DNA of 64,000 nucleotides from Alphaproteobacteria bacterium (lineage in GTDB: Bacteria > Pseudomonadota > Alphaproteobacteria > SP197). This document shows, piece by piece, positions 40,101-51,337 of the stretch; position 1 is the first letter of the stretch; each line of letters begins with the position of its first letter. Made by a program: the position numbers and the translations under genes. The stretch lies in the NCBI GenBank assembly GCA_964291415.2, contig OZ219920.1, positions 1,536,001 through 1,600,000 on the forward strand, read 5' to 3'. A model generated the notes under the pieces. The model saw only the letters and a program-made list of their open reading frames with translations. It did no database searches and had not been told where the DNA came from.

Positions 40101-43100
40101 CGTCTCGGTCGGCGACCGGGTGGTCGGACTGGGCTTCGGCGCCTTCGGGCCGCAGATGATCACAAGGGAAGAGCTCGTCGCGCCCGCGCCGGAGGGCTAT
40201 TCGGTGAGCGAGCTCGCCACGGTGCCGAGCGCTTTTGTTTCGGCGGCACTCTCGTTCGAGCTTTCAGGGCTGAAGGCGGGAGAGCGCGTGCTCATCCACG
40301 CCGGGGCCGGCGGAGTGGGCCTGGCCGCGATTCAGCTCGTTGAGGCTGCGGGCGCGGAGGTCTTCGCCACTGCGAGCGCGCCCAAGCAGGCCTATCTCAG
40401 ATCGCTCGGCGTGAACCGTTGTTCGACAGCCGGACCACGGAGTTCGCCGGCCAGATTCTTGACGCCACGGGCGGCGAGGGAGTGGACGTCGTCCTCAACA
40501 GCCTGACAAGCGAGGGATTCATCGATGCCAGCCTCTCCTGCCTGAAGCAGGGCGGGCGCTTCGTGGAACTGGCCCGGCGGGACATCCTGAGCGTGGAGGA
40601 GATGTCGGAGCTCCGCCCGGACGTTGGCTACGACATTCTGGAGCTCGATGTCCTGAAGAAGACCGATCCGGCATGGGTCGGCAGGGTCCTCACAAGTATC
40701 GTGAATCGCCTGGGATCGGGAGAGCTGAAACCAATCGTGCACAGCAGGTGGCCGCTCTCGGAGGCAGGGGCCGCCTTGCGATTCATGCGATCGGCTCGGC
40801 ATCTCGGAAAGATCGTCGCGACAGCCTCGCCATTGGCACAAGGCCACCTGCGATCGGACCGGTCCTACCTGGTGACCGGCGGTCTGGGCGGAATCGGATG
40901 CGCGGTGGCGGTGTGGCTTGCCGACCACGGCGCCGGGACAATCGTGCTCAACGGACGCCGGGATCCGGATGCGGACGCCATGGAAACAATCGATGCCCTT
41001 CGCGAACGCGGGGTGAACGTCGTTGTGGAGCTGGCAGACGCCACGGACACCGTCGCTATCGACCGGATGCTCGAGCGTATCGATCGGAACCTGCCTTCCC
41101 TGGCGGGCGTGATCCACAGCGTGGGAGTGCTGTCGGACGGCGCCCTCACCAACCAGAGCTGGACGAGGTTCGAAGAGGTTCTCTGGCCGAAGATCCTGGC
41201 AGCGTGGCACCTGCATCGTGCGACAGAAAACCGCGACCTCGACTTCTTCATGCTCTTCTCGAGCCGTGTCGGAGTGATGGGGAATCCGGGTCAGGCGAAC
41301 CATGCGGCAGCCAATGCCTTCCTCGATCAGCTTGCCGCTCACCGCCGGGCGATGGGCCTGCCGGGGCAGGCCATTGCATGGGGTGCCTGGTCCGAGATCG
41401 GCGAGGCGGCCGAACAAAGGGATCGGATCGAAAGACAGCGTTCTGCGCTGGGAGGCCGCTGGTTCACCCCGCAGCAGGGCCTGAAGGCAATGGAACGACT
41501 GATGCGCGAGGACGTTGCGACATCCGTGGTGATGTCGATGGACTGGACCGTCTTCGAAGAGGCAGTGGAGGAACGCCCCTCGTTCCTCGAGGAGCTCCTT
41601 TCGACGGACGCGGAGTCCGAAGACGAGCGCGCGGCTTCCTCGACCGACGTACTGACCCGGCTCGCGGAAACACCGACATCCGGGCGGGTCAGTCTTCTGG
41701 TTTCGTTCCTGCAGGGCGAGGTGCAGGCCGTGCTCCGCCTGCCGTCGACGCCGGATCCCTCGGTCGGGTTCTTCGACCTCGGCATGGACTCGCTGATGTC
41801 GGTTGAACTGAGGAACCGGTTGAACCGGGCCTTCGCAGGGAACTACACGGCATCCAACACCGTAGTGTTCGACTATCCGGACATTGACTCGCTGGCCCGG
41901 CACCTGGTCGAGGAGCTGGGCGATGTCGAGGTGGAGGAGTCCGCTCCGCAAGTCCCATCCGAGCCGATTGTCCCTGCGGCGCCACGAACGACAGTGGACG
42001 GCATCGCCATCGTCGGCATGGCGTGCCGATTCCCGGGCGCGCCAGATCTCGGTGCGTTCCGACAGCTTCTCGCAGAGGGGCGCAGCACGATGACGGAGGG
42101 GCGCCCGGACCCCGTCGGTGGTGACGGTGTGTCGGCCGACCCGGCGATCGTCAGAAGAGCGTACCGGCACGGCGCCTTTATCGAGGGGATCGACCGTTTC
42201 GACGCACGCTTCTTCGGCATCCAGCCCATCGAGGCGCGGACGATGGACCCGCGCCAGCGGATCTTGCTGGAGACGACCTGGCAGGCTCTCGAGGACGCCG
42301 GGATCGACCCCGGCACGCTGCGAGGTGGTCGCGTCGGGGTGTACGCAGGACTGGGGGGAAGCGAGTACCGGGACCTGGTCGCGCTTGACGGCGGGGAGGT
42401 CGGGTATCTCGGCACCGCCGGGAGCGTTGCCGTCGGGAGGGTGGCCTTCGCACTGGGGCTGTCGGGACCGGCGATGGCCCTGGACATGACCTGCGCATCG
42501 TCGCTTGCCGCACTGCACCAGGCCGCCGTGGGTCTCGAGAGGGGCGAAGTGGACGTGGCCCTCGGCGGTGGCGTGCATGCTGTGCTCTCCCCCGGAGTGA
42601 CCACGTTCATGGCCGAGCTGGGACTGCTGTCCAAGGGCGGCCGTTGCCGGCCCTTCGATGCGGACGCGGATGGTTTCGTGCGAGGCGAGGGTTGCGGGAT
42701 GGTGGTGCTCAAGCGGCTCGCCGACGCCGAGGCGGACGGCGACCGAATCTGGGCCGTGATTCGCGGTTCGGCGGTCAATCAGAGCGGGGCGAGCGCGGGA
42801 CTGACCGTGCCGAATGGTCCGGCGCAGGAGCGGGTCATCGAGGAGGCGTTGTCCCGGGCCGACATCGCGCCGGCCGACGTCGACTACCTCGAGGCGCATG
42901 GGACCGGATCGGCGATGGGAGATCCCATCGAAGTCCGGGCAGTGGCGGCGGTGTACGGAAAGGGGCGTGCCCCGGAGCGACCACTCCTCATCGGCTCATT
43001 CAAGCCGAACATCGGTCATCCGGAGGCAGCGGCGGGAATAGCCGGGCTGATCAAGGTCGTGCTGGCCATGCAGGAAAAGCTGATCCCGCCGCAGCCGGAC

Positions 43101-44537
43101 TTCCGGACGCCCAGCCCGCTGATCGAGTGGGACAAGCTGCCGGTGAAGGTGACCTCGCAGCCGACGCCCTGGCCGCTCGTCGCCGACCGACCGCCCCGTG
43201 CCGGTATCAGCGCCTTCGGAATCTCCGGAGCCAACGCGCACGTGGTGGTGGAGGGCTACGACGATACTGGCGTTGCCTGCTCTCCCGCCCCAGGCATGAC
43301 TGTACCCGCCGGAGCCGAACAGCCGGTTCCATTCGTTGCACCGGATCCGGCAGGAGGGCCGGTTGATGCTGCAGCGACGGACACCTCGGCCACCGGTGGC
43401 CGTGCCAGACTTCTGCCGCTTTCGGGCAAGTCGAACGAGGCCCTTCGCGAGCTGGCGATGCGCTATCTGTCATGGCTCGAAGAAACGGTCGCCGGGACCG
43501 ACAGAGCAGACGGAGAACCTTCTTGTCTGCTCTCTGACATGGCATGGACCGCCAGCGTCGGACGAAGTCACTTCGCCCATCGGGCGGGCGTGGTGTTTCA
43601 GGATGCGCCGTCGTTGCGCGAGCGCCTGGCGACGCTCGGGAGCTCGCAGGATGGGCCGGCGACGGGAACGCCGGCACGGATTGCGTTTGCCTTCCCGGAC
43701 GACCTGGGCACATGGACCGAAACGGGCGAGGCTCTCTACCGGAGCGAGCCGGTTTTCCGTGCCGTGCTGGAGCGCTGCGACGCGGCGTTTCAGGACTTCG
43801 CAGACGCTACGCTGCTCGAACCGCTGCGCGGCGGGAAGGAAGGCGACGCCGTTAACGACGATCCCGCATGGGGTCAACCCGCCGTCTACGCCCTGGAATG
43901 CGCTCTTGTTGCACTGTGGTCCAGCGTCGGCGTGAGACCCGGCGTTGTCTTCGGCCAGGGTGCGGGCGAGATTGCAGCGGCACAGGCTGCCGGCATGCTC
44001 AGCCTGGAGGATGGCTTGCGTCTGGCGTCGGCAAGAGGACGGTTGACCGGAGCCATGGCTCAGGCGAGCTCGCCCGCCAGCTTCGAGGATACGCTTGCCG
44101 GAATCACGATGTCCCAGGCTACGCTCACGTTCGTGTGCGGCACGACGGGAAAGACGTCGCGGCCCGGCGAAGCCTTGACAGGCGATGACTGGATGCGACA
44201 GGCCGTCGAATCCGCGGATCCTGGAACTGGGGCGGCCGCGCTGGCAGATCTCGAAGTCGACGCAATCGTCGAGACCGGTCCGGACTCAACGCTCGGTCCG
44301 GCAATGGTGAAAGGCTGGCCTCAGACTGCCGGACGCGGCGCACCGGTCGCCATCACGGGCCTTCAGTCGTCCGCGGTGGACGACGCCGGGTTCGTAGCGG
44401 CCGTTGCCAAAGCCTACGAAGCCGGATTTCCGGTTCGTTTCGACGGCCTCTTCGCCGGCGAGGCGCGACGGCGCATTTCGGTGCCGGGCTACCCCTTCCA
44501 GCGTCGCAGTTTCTGGATGCGATCCCCGAAGCGTTAG
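34186..44537 (+). CDS. supA: SupA-type type I PKS, KS-AT-DH-cMT-ER-KR-ACP-KS-AT(inactive), about 3450 aa, split by a -1 frameshift near 40419
   Basis: KS DAACASS/HGTG/NIGHLE; AT GHSAG, RAFH; DH DHRVYGQVVAP; MT EIGAGTG; ER LIHAGAGGVG; KR TGGLGGIG; ACP GMDSL; KS2 DMTCASS; AT2 GQGAG. ORFs 34186-40506 and 40419-44537 join as GVNR-VFDSR. Confidence 0.88.
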
Positions 44538-44623
44538 TCGCCTTGCGACAACTAGTTCGTCGGCTGGGGCGAGGCCGGACGGTGGGGGTTCTCGTTGGAG
44601 AAGCAACCGGCGGCGGCTCACAC

Positions 44624-45517
44624 TTATCGAATGTCGCGGCTGGCGAGGTACTCACGCGCCATTGCCGCGCAGTGCGCGGGCTGTTCCAGTTGCAGAAAAT
44701 GCGACGCCTGCGGCACGAAGTCGTAGTCGACAACCGACGCATGACTGAGATCGAAGGTGGGGAGATACGCGTAAGGCAGTGTCGGGTCGGCACCGATAAC
44801 CTTGGTCGGGCAGGTCAGTGTCGAAAGATCCAGCAACGGCGAGAAGCTCCTCACGTACTCGGCGATCTGGGCTTCGTATTCGCGAGGACAACGCAGTTCG
44901 TACCCGTTTGCGCTCTCGCGAAGAGTCGTTCGTGCCATGAGATCGCGCACACCCGGCACGACGTTGGCGAATCCGGGAACGATGGCCAGGACTTCCGCAT
45001 ACTGCTCTTCGGACTTGAACCGCTCCGTCCGGCGCCGGGTCATGGCGGCCGTCCGTTCCGCCGCCGCGATGAACTCCAGTTCGCTGGCGGCGGGTTTGCA
45101 GAGCGGCGGGTCGAACAGAATCAGCGCGGAATAGGCGTTGTTGAATGACAGCAGGGCGACCAGTGTCGACAGCGAATGAAACACGCCGACCGTCGTCTTT
45201 TCGCCAAACTCCCGGACAATGGCATCGAGAATGATGTCATGGTCGAAGATCAACGTCGGAATGTTGTGATCCCGCTGGACACCGACCTCGTTCCAGCCGT
45301 GGTTCCTGAGATCGTAGACCATCAGGTCGAAGTCTTCGGCGAGCAAGGACCAGAACGGATAGTAGAGGTCAACCGCGAGACCGTTGCCATGGGTCAGGAC
45401 GAGCCGCGGACCGGACGGGTTGCCGTGTCGCCTCACGGTGGTCACGGTGCTGTCGTCGAGCCGGACTTCGAACGTGGCAAGGGGCTCGGGTATCGTCCAC
45501 ATCATTGCTTCCGTCAT
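44624..45517 (-). CDS. Alpha/beta hydrolase of the sup cluster
   Basis: HGNG, YDLRNHG, elbow FHSLS, SHFLQLE; convergent with the PKS. Confidence 0.85.
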   Translation of the reverse strand: MTEAMMWTIPEPLATFEVRLDDSTVTTVRRHGNPSGPRLVLTHGNGLAVDLYYPFWSLLAEDFDLMVYDLRNHGWNEVGVQRDHNIPTLIFDHDIILDAIVREFGEKTTVGVFHSLSTLVALLSFNNAYSALILFDPPLCKPAASELEFIAAAERTAAMTRRRTERFKSEEQYAEVLAIVPGFANVVPGVRDLMARTTLRESANGYELRCPREYEAQIAEYVRSFSPLLDLSTLTCPTKVIGADPTLPYAYLPTFDLSHASVVDYDFVPQASHFLQLEQPAHCAAMAREYLASRDIR

Positions 45518-46081
45518 GGCGCTGCTTGTCCGGTTTCCTCTCGATGCGGTGCCGGGATCGAGACACGACATCGCTTCAATGGTCGCCCACGTCATCGCAA
45601 TGTTCACGGAAAACTCGGACGATTCGACCTCCCTCGAACACAAGGAACCTGGGAGACGTTGTCCGCTGCCGCGGTGGTCCCCTCGTGTCCTGGAGTTTCG
45701 GGGGAACTTCCTCTCACTGGTCTGATGGTCAATGTTCCACAGTTTGCACTCCGATACCACACGCGTGAAAGCCATCCCTCCCGGCCACTTTGTCTGCCCC
45801 CTTGGAGCCTGCCGGTGGGTACGCTGCTCCTTGCCGGTGTCGGAAGAGGCCTCCCATTCGGGTGACGGCCACACCGGGCAGCACACTCATCCCACCTCAA
45901 GACGCACGGGCCAGGCAACTGGATTGCGATCCTCGAGACCGCGCTTTCCGGACATGCCGCCCCTGCCCCGCAGAAGCGATGAGACGCCCTTCCGGACGCA
46001 CAACGACACCGTGTTTGCCCCGCGCCCGGGTATGGTAGAACGATCTCCTGACACGCTGGCCCCCCGGTGAGGGATGACATC

Positions 46082-47416
46082 ATGGACGACAGTCTCACGC
46101 AGTCACTTCAGGACCTCGACCGTCATCATCACCTGCATCCCTTCACCGACGCCCGCGTCGTCAACGACGCCGGCGTACGCCTCATCACCGGAGCCCAGGG
46201 CGTTTACCTCACCACGTCGCGCGGTCACCGCGTACTCGATGGCATGGCTGGTCTCTGGTGCGTGAACATCGGCTACGGGCGCCGTGAACTTGCCGACGCG
46301 GCCCATGACCAACTCCTCTCGCTGCCCTACTACAACACCTTCTTCCAGACATCGACCGTACCCACCACCCGCCTCGCCGGGCGCCTCGCGGAGATTGCCC
46401 CGGAAGGATTCAACCATGTTTTCTTCGCCAATTCCGGATCGGAAGCGAACGACACGGCGGCCAAGATGGTGCGCTGGTACTGGAACATCAGGGGACAGCC
46501 TTCCCGCAAGACCATCATTTCCCGCCGCCATGCCTACCACGGCGTCACCATGGCGGCAGCCAGCATGTGCGGACTCGAGGAGATGCACCCCCAGTTCGAT
46601 CTGCCCCTTCCCGGATTCATCCACGCGGACTGCCCATACTGGTATCGCTACGGCCGCGACATGGATCCGGAAGAATTCGGTATCGCCGCCGCCCGCTCGG
46701 TCGAACGGCTGATTGCCGAGACGGGCCCTGAGACCATCGGCGCGTTCATCGGCGAACCGGTCATGGGGGCCGGCGGGGTCATCGTGCCTCCGGCGAGCTA
46801 CTGGCCGGAGATCATGAGAATCTGCCGCCAGTACGGGATCCTCGTCATTGCCGATGAAGTGATCTGCGGGTTCGGCCGGACGGGCGAGTGGTTCGGCAGC
46901 AACACCTTCGGCATCGAGCCTGACATCATGACCATCGCCAAGGGGCTCTCGTCAGGCTACCAGCCCATCAGCGGCATACTCGTGCACGACAGGATTGCCG
47001 ACGTGATGATCGAGGAGGGCGGGGAGTTCCAGCATGGATTCACGTGGTCGGGCCATCCCGTCGCGGCCGCCGTGGCGCTGGAGAACATCGACATTCTCCA
47101 GCGCGAGGCCATCATCGAGACATGCCGGACCGTGACCGCCCCCCACATGCAGCAACGCCTGCGGGAGCTCGTCGATCATCCTCTCGTCGGCGAGGTGCGC
47201 GGGGTGGGCATGATGGCAGCGGTGGAACTTTCCGGCGGAAGGGGCACCGCCACCAAGGTTCGCGCAGAGGCCTGGAAACGCGGCCTTCTCGTGCGCGCAA
47301 CCGGAGAATCGCTCATCCTGTCACCACCCCTCATCATCTCGCCTGACCAGGTCGACACGCTGGCAGACACACTCGATGCGGCACTCGCCGTCGTCGAATC
47401 ACGGCCTGTCGCATGA
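46082..47416 (+). CDS. Class III aminotransferase (putrescine/omega-amino, SpuC-like)
   Basis: DGMAGLWC, SGSEAND, AYHG, DEVICGFGRTG, AKGLSSGY. Confidence 0.9.
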   Translation: MDDSLTQSLQDLDRHHHLHPFTDARVVNDAGVRLITGAQGVYLTTSRGHRVLDGMAGLWCVNIGYGRRELADAAHDQLLSLPYYNTFFQTSTVPTTRLAGRLAEIAPEGFNHVFFANSGSEANDTAAKMVRWYWNIRGQPSRKTIISRRHAYHGVTMAAASMCGLEEMHPQFDLPLPGFIHADCPYWYRYGRDMDPEEFGIAAARSVERLIAETGPETIGAFIGEPVMGAGGVIVPPASYWPEIMRICRQYGILVIADEVICGFGRTGEWFGSNTFGIEPDIMTIAKGLSSGYQPISGILVHDRIADVMIEEGGEFQHGFTWSGHPVAAAVALENIDILQREAIIETCRTVTAPHMQQRLRELVDHPLVGEVRGVGMMAAVELSGGRGTATKVRAEAWKRGLLVRATGESLILSPPLIISPDQVDTLADTLDAALAVVESRPVA

Positions 47417-47427
47417 GGCTGTGACCC

Positions 47428-47976
47428 ATGATCGGACGCTTTGCGGCGAGGCTGGGACACCGCCTTCCCGGGCATATGGTCGCGGGAACGATCCTCACGC
47501 TTGTGGGTGCCTGGTTCTTCTACGAACCATTGCGTCACGACTATCCCATGGCAGAAGACCTCGTCGCCGTCGAGACGGGTGTCGTGGAAGCGATAGAGAT
47601 CCGCAAGCGGCGCGGCGCTTTCATCCGGTTCCTCGTTCCCGACCCTCTCGAGTTGCAGGCAGTTCTCGAAGACGACGGGAGAGTCGTGCGCTATCGCAAT
47701 GACCTTCCGCACTATCGGGAATTCAAGGAAGCCCTGAAGTCAGGAACCCATGTCTTTCACTTGTGGATCGATGCTTCCGACCCCGACGACGCCACTCTTG
47801 TCTGGCAGCTCGACAGCGGGGGAAGAACCCTGGTCTCGCTTGACGACACCATCCAGTCGCTGATCGAGATCCGTCTACGGCAAATGTGGCTGCCCGGCGC
47901 CATCGCGATCTTCGGTCTTGCCATCATCGCACTCTCCATGTGGCGCCGCCGGTCAAAGGGTCGTCCTCGAGTCTGA
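47428..47976 (+). CDS. Hypothetical membrane protein (2 TM)
   Basis: Terminal hydrophobic helices; follows the aminotransferase by 11 bp. Confidence 0.65.
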   Translation: MIGRFAARLGHRLPGHMVAGTILTLVGAWFFYEPLRHDYPMAEDLVAVETGVVEAIEIRKRRGAFIRFLVPDPLELQAVLEDDGRVVRYRNDLPHYREFKEALKSGTHVFHLWIDASDPDDATLVWQLDSGGRTLVSLDDTIQSLIEIRLRQMWLPGAIAIFGLAIIALSMWRRRSKGRPRV

Positions 47977-48074
47977 CCTCGACCAGATTCCCCCGCAGCA
48001 CGGGCTTCGTTCATGATGACACGCGATTGGCGGGGACAGCTCATCAGTGTGAAGGGCGGCATGCCGATGACCGA

Positions 48075-48386
48075 TCACAGTCGCGCACGACTTCGACTCG
48101 CCCAGTCACCTCCGCTGTAGGTTACTGCCAGAACAAGAACCTCCTCGGCATCGTCGTCTACTGTGAACGCAATCACGGCCCGGCTGCCGGCCGGGATTGC
48201 CCGAAGGCCAGGTGCGATTTCATCGCGAACTGATCCCTTGTGCGGAACTTGCCCCAGGCCCCTGATTGTCTGTTCAATCTCCATCAGCTTCCGGTTTGCG
48301 GTCGCACTTCCCGCATACTCGATGATCCATCGGGCGATTGCCTCCAGGTCCCGCGACACAAGTGGGTGGAAGAGAATTCGGTACAC
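48075..48386 (-). CDS. RelE/ParE family toxin
   Basis: RDLEAIARWI..PHKGSVRDEIAPGLR..VLAVTYSG. Confidence 0.85.
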   Translation of the reverse strand: MYRILFHPLVSRDLEAIARWIIEYAGSATANRKLMEIEQTIRGLGQVPHKGSVRDEIAPGLRAIPAGSRAVIAFTVDDDAEEVLVLAVTYSGGDWASRSRARL

Positions 48387-48655
48387 TATTTCTTTTGGGC
48401 CGCCACGACGGCGGCGCGCGCTGCCGAAAATGCCGTCTTACGGTCAACGTACTCCGAACGGTCAGTTTGCATCCGTGTTCGGACTTCTTCGGCGAGGACG
48501 GAAAGTGCCACTTCCCGTTCCTCCTCATCCTGTATCATGTGCTCGACTGCGCTGGCCACCGCAGCGCTCCGAGTGGCGAAGAGACCTTGACCCACTTTTT
48601 CTGAAAGGAAACGGTGGTGGCGGTCAGTGAAGCTGAGTGTCGTCTTGACGGTCAT
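48386..48655 (-). CDS. ParD-like RHH antitoxin
   Basis: KTTLSFTDRH..KVGQGLFATRSAAV; 1-nt overlap with the toxin; AAGGAG RBS. Confidence 0.85.
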   Translation of the reverse strand: MTVKTTLSFTDRHHRFLSEKVGQGLFATRSAAVASAVEHMIQDEEEREVALSVLAEEVRTRMQTDRSEYVDRKTAFSAARAAVVAAQKK

Positions 48656-48668
48656 TCGCGACTCCTTA

Positions 48669-48685
48669 GTGTGACTGAGTCATAC
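48669..48685. promoter_or_regulatory. Palindrome upstream of the TA operon, probable autoregulatory operator
   Basis: GTGTGACT-G-AGTCATAC next to the RBS. Confidence 0.5.
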
Positions 48686-48777
48686 TTCATTTGGCTGGTG
48701 GACTCAACGGCCAAGACCGGATGACGAACGAATTGCCGGTGCTGCTGTCGACGGCACCGCGAGCCTGACGCTCGGAC

Positions 48778-50352
48778 TCATCGCTTGCCTTCTCCGGTCC
48801 CGGCGGTCTCCCTTCTCACCATCGAGCGAAGGTCGGTGATGGCCCAGGCGCCGACCTGGCGAGCGATGGTCGCGTAAACGATGAGGCCGAGTGCCACGAG
48901 AACCCCGAGGTAGAGGGCGATGTGATCGTCGCCGGCAAGCCACCAGTGATCGCGGGTCTGGTGGACCGCCACAAGAGTGGCGGCCATCACGGATGTCGCC
49001 GCGACCATGCGCGGCAGACGCTGCCTGAGGCGCATGTCAGCCTTGAAGTGGCTCCGGCGCATCAGGACCACAAGGAGGATGATGGCGTTGATCCAGGCCG
49101 CCGTGGCGGTCGCAATGGCAATGCCGACATGGCCCAGGGACCAGACCAGAGCCAGCATGACGGCAACGTTGCTCAACAGGCCGATTGCGGCGATCTTCAG
49201 TACGGTCCCGGGATCCTTGCGGGCAAAGAAGGCCGGTGCGAGCACCTTGAGCAGCACGTAGGCGGGAAGTCCGGCCGCGAAGGCCCTGAGGGCGGCGGCG
49301 CTTGCCTCGCTGTCGGCGGCATTGAAGGCGCCGCGCTCGAAGAGGGCACTGATCACAGGATGGGCGATAACCATGAGGGCCGCCGCCGCCGGCAGGGTGA
49401 GAACCATCACGAGTTCGATGGCGCGGCTCTGGCTTTCGTTCGCCCCGGCCTCGTCGCGCGCCTCGATCTGCCTTGACAGCAGAGGCAGCAGCGCACTGCC
49501 GACGGCAATGCCGACGACGCCCAGCGGCAACTGATTGACCCGGTCGGCGTAGTAGAGCCACGAAATGGCGCCGGTGGAAAGAAAGGAGGCAACCCACAGA
49601 TCGATGAGAAGATTGACCTGCACGACACCGGCGCCGAGCGCCGCGGGAACGAAACGGCGAAGCAGTTCCCTCACACCTGCCGTCAGGCGCGGCAGGAGAA
49701 GACGCGGCATCATGCCGGCGCGCCTGATTGCATGGAGGACAAGCACGAGTTGCAGGATTCCGCCGCACGTCACGCCCCAGGAGACGGCCCTGCCTGCGTG
49801 CACATCCTCGAGGACGTGAACCAGGAGCGCCGCGCCGATGAGACTGATGTTGAGCAGGATGGGCGCAGCGGCATAGGCGGCAAATCGCCCGGTCGAATTG
49901 AGCACGCCGCCGAAGAGCGCCACCAGCGAGATCAGAAGAATGTAGGGAAAGGTGATGCGGGTGAGATCGACGGCAAGGTCGAATTTGCGGGGCTCGTCGA
50001 CGAACCCGGGCGCCAGGACCGTGATGACCCACGGCATCGCCACCTCGAAGACGGCGACCAGCACGGCGAGAACCAGGGCGAGAACTGCCAGGATCTCGCC
50101 GGCCAGCCGCCTTGCGACCGCCTCGCCATCTCGCTCGAGGCGGCCGGCGAAGAGAGGTATGAACACTGCGTTGAAGGCGCCCTCCGCCAGAAGGCGCCGG
50201 AAGAAATTGGGGAGCTTGAACGCGACAAGAAAGGCGTCGGCCACCCACCCCGTTCCCAGGGCTGCGGCAAAGAGCACGTCGCGCACAAAGCCAAGAACTC
50301 TGCTCGCGGCCGTCAGTCCGCTGACCGTCAGGAAAGCCCTGGAGAGATTCAT
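48778..50352 (-). CDS. murJ: Lipid II flippase MurJ
   Basis: SRVLGFVRD, AFKLPNFFRRLLAEGAFN, YYADRVNQLPLG. Confidence 0.95.
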   Translation of the reverse strand: MNLSRAFLTVSGLTAASRVLGFVRDVLFAAALGTGWVADAFLVAFKLPNFFRRLLAEGAFNAVFIPLFAGRLERDGEAVARRLAGEILAVLALVLAVLVAVFEVAMPWVITVLAPGFVDEPRKFDLAVDLTRITFPYILLISLVALFGGVLNSTGRFAAYAAAPILLNISLIGAALLVHVLEDVHAGRAVSWGVTCGGILQLVLVLHAIRRAGMMPRLLLPRLTAGVRELLRRFVPAALGAGVVQVNLLIDLWVASFLSTGAISWLYYADRVNQLPLGVVGIAVGSALLPLLSRQIEARDEAGANESQSRAIELVMVLTLPAAAALMVIAHPVISALFERGAFNAADSEASAAALRAFAAGLPAYVLLKVLAPAFFARKDPGTVLKIAAIGLLSNVAVMLALVWSLGHVGIAIATATAAWINAIILLVVLMRRSHFKADMRLRQRLPRMVAATSVMAATLVAVHQTRDHWWLAGDDHIALYLGVLVALGLIVYATIARQVGAWAITDLRSMVRRETAGTGEGKR

Positions 50353-50507
50353 CCCCCTCTCACAGCGTCGCCGGAAAGCCCTTGATCACGCTCTGTTCCG
50401 CAAACGGAATGCTCTGGAAGGGTTAGGCCGTCCGTCTGCGCGGTCGACAATGATCAGGAAAGATGGCGAACAGATGTCCTGCCCGACGGCATCCGGCGAA
50501 GTGGACG

Positions 50508-51335
50508 TCAGGGCGTGATGCCGCGCAATCGTTCACTGCGGCGACGCAGGAGTTCCATCACGATCATCAATCCGACCGATGTCATGATGAGCATGGTGGC
50601 GACGGCCATGATGGTCGGCGACATCAGTTCGCGGATGCCCGACCACATGCGTCGCGGGAGCGTGTGCTCCTCGGTGCCGGCCAGGAAGATGGCAATGACC
50701 AGCTCATCCCAGGACGTGATGAAGGCGAAGAGTGCGCCAGCCACCACCCCGGGCAGGATGAGAGGCAGGGTGATGCGGAAGAAGACGCGCAAGGGGTCAC
50801 CCCCGAGGCTCGCGCCGGCCCGGATGAGATTGTAGTCGAAGCCGGCCAGGGTGGCCGAGACGGTGATGACGACGAAGGGCACACCGATGGTCGCGTGAGC
50901 GAACACAAGACCGGCGAGCGTCCCGGTCAGGCCGAGCTTGGCATAGAAGTAGAACATGCCGGCCGCCGTGATGACGATCGGCACGATGATGGGAGAGATG
51001 AGGACCGCGAGGATCGTGGTTTTTCCCGGATACTCGGCGCGATTGAGACCCAGTGCCGCCAGGGTTCCCAGCACCGTCGCCACCAGGGTCGCAAAGATGC
51101 CGACGATGATGCTGTTCTGCAGGCCCAGCAACCATTGCGGACTTGTGAAGAACTCCTCGTACCAGCGCAGCGAGTAGCCGGGCATGGGGTATGTGAAATA
51201 GGGCTCGGAATTGAAGCTGAGCGGGATGATCACGATGATCGGTACGAACAGGAAAGCAAAGACCAGGCAGCAGATCACGCGAAACGTGACATACCAGATT
51301 CTGTCGAACGTCGTGGCGTAGGACGGCATGGCCAT
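50508..51335 (-). CDS. Polyamine-type ABC permease (PotC-like)
   Basis: IIPLSFN, SLRWY, PFVVITV, RAGASLG, FITSWDE. Confidence 0.9.
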   Translation of the reverse strand: MAMPSYATTFDRIWYVTFRVICCLVFAFLFVPIIVIIPLSFNSEPYFTYPMPGYSLRWYEEFFTSPQWLLGLQNSIIVGIFATLVATVLGTLAALGLNRAEYPGKTTILAVLISPIIVPIVITAAGMFYFYAKLGLTGTLAGLVFAHATIGVPFVVITVSATLAGFDYNLIRAGASLGGDPLRVFFRITLPLILPGVVAGALFAFITSWDELVIAIFLAGTEEHTLPRRMWSGIRELMSPTIMAVATMLIMTSVGLMIVMELLRRRSERLRGITP

Positions 51336-51337
51336 GG

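Noticed and set aside
34260-44537. Internal similarity between the two KS-AT regions as a possible assembly duplication
   Set aside because: Copies are clearly diverged and match the known SupA architecture
30578-45674. 12-bp inverted repeat CCGCGGCAGCGG / CCGCTGCCGCGG flanking the sup cluster
   Set aside because: Nearly all GC, expected by chance; no transposase, integrase or target duplication
45518-46081. Long intergenic region as a possible riboswitch or sRNA
   Set aside because: No recognisable conserved motif by eye; needs an Rfam search
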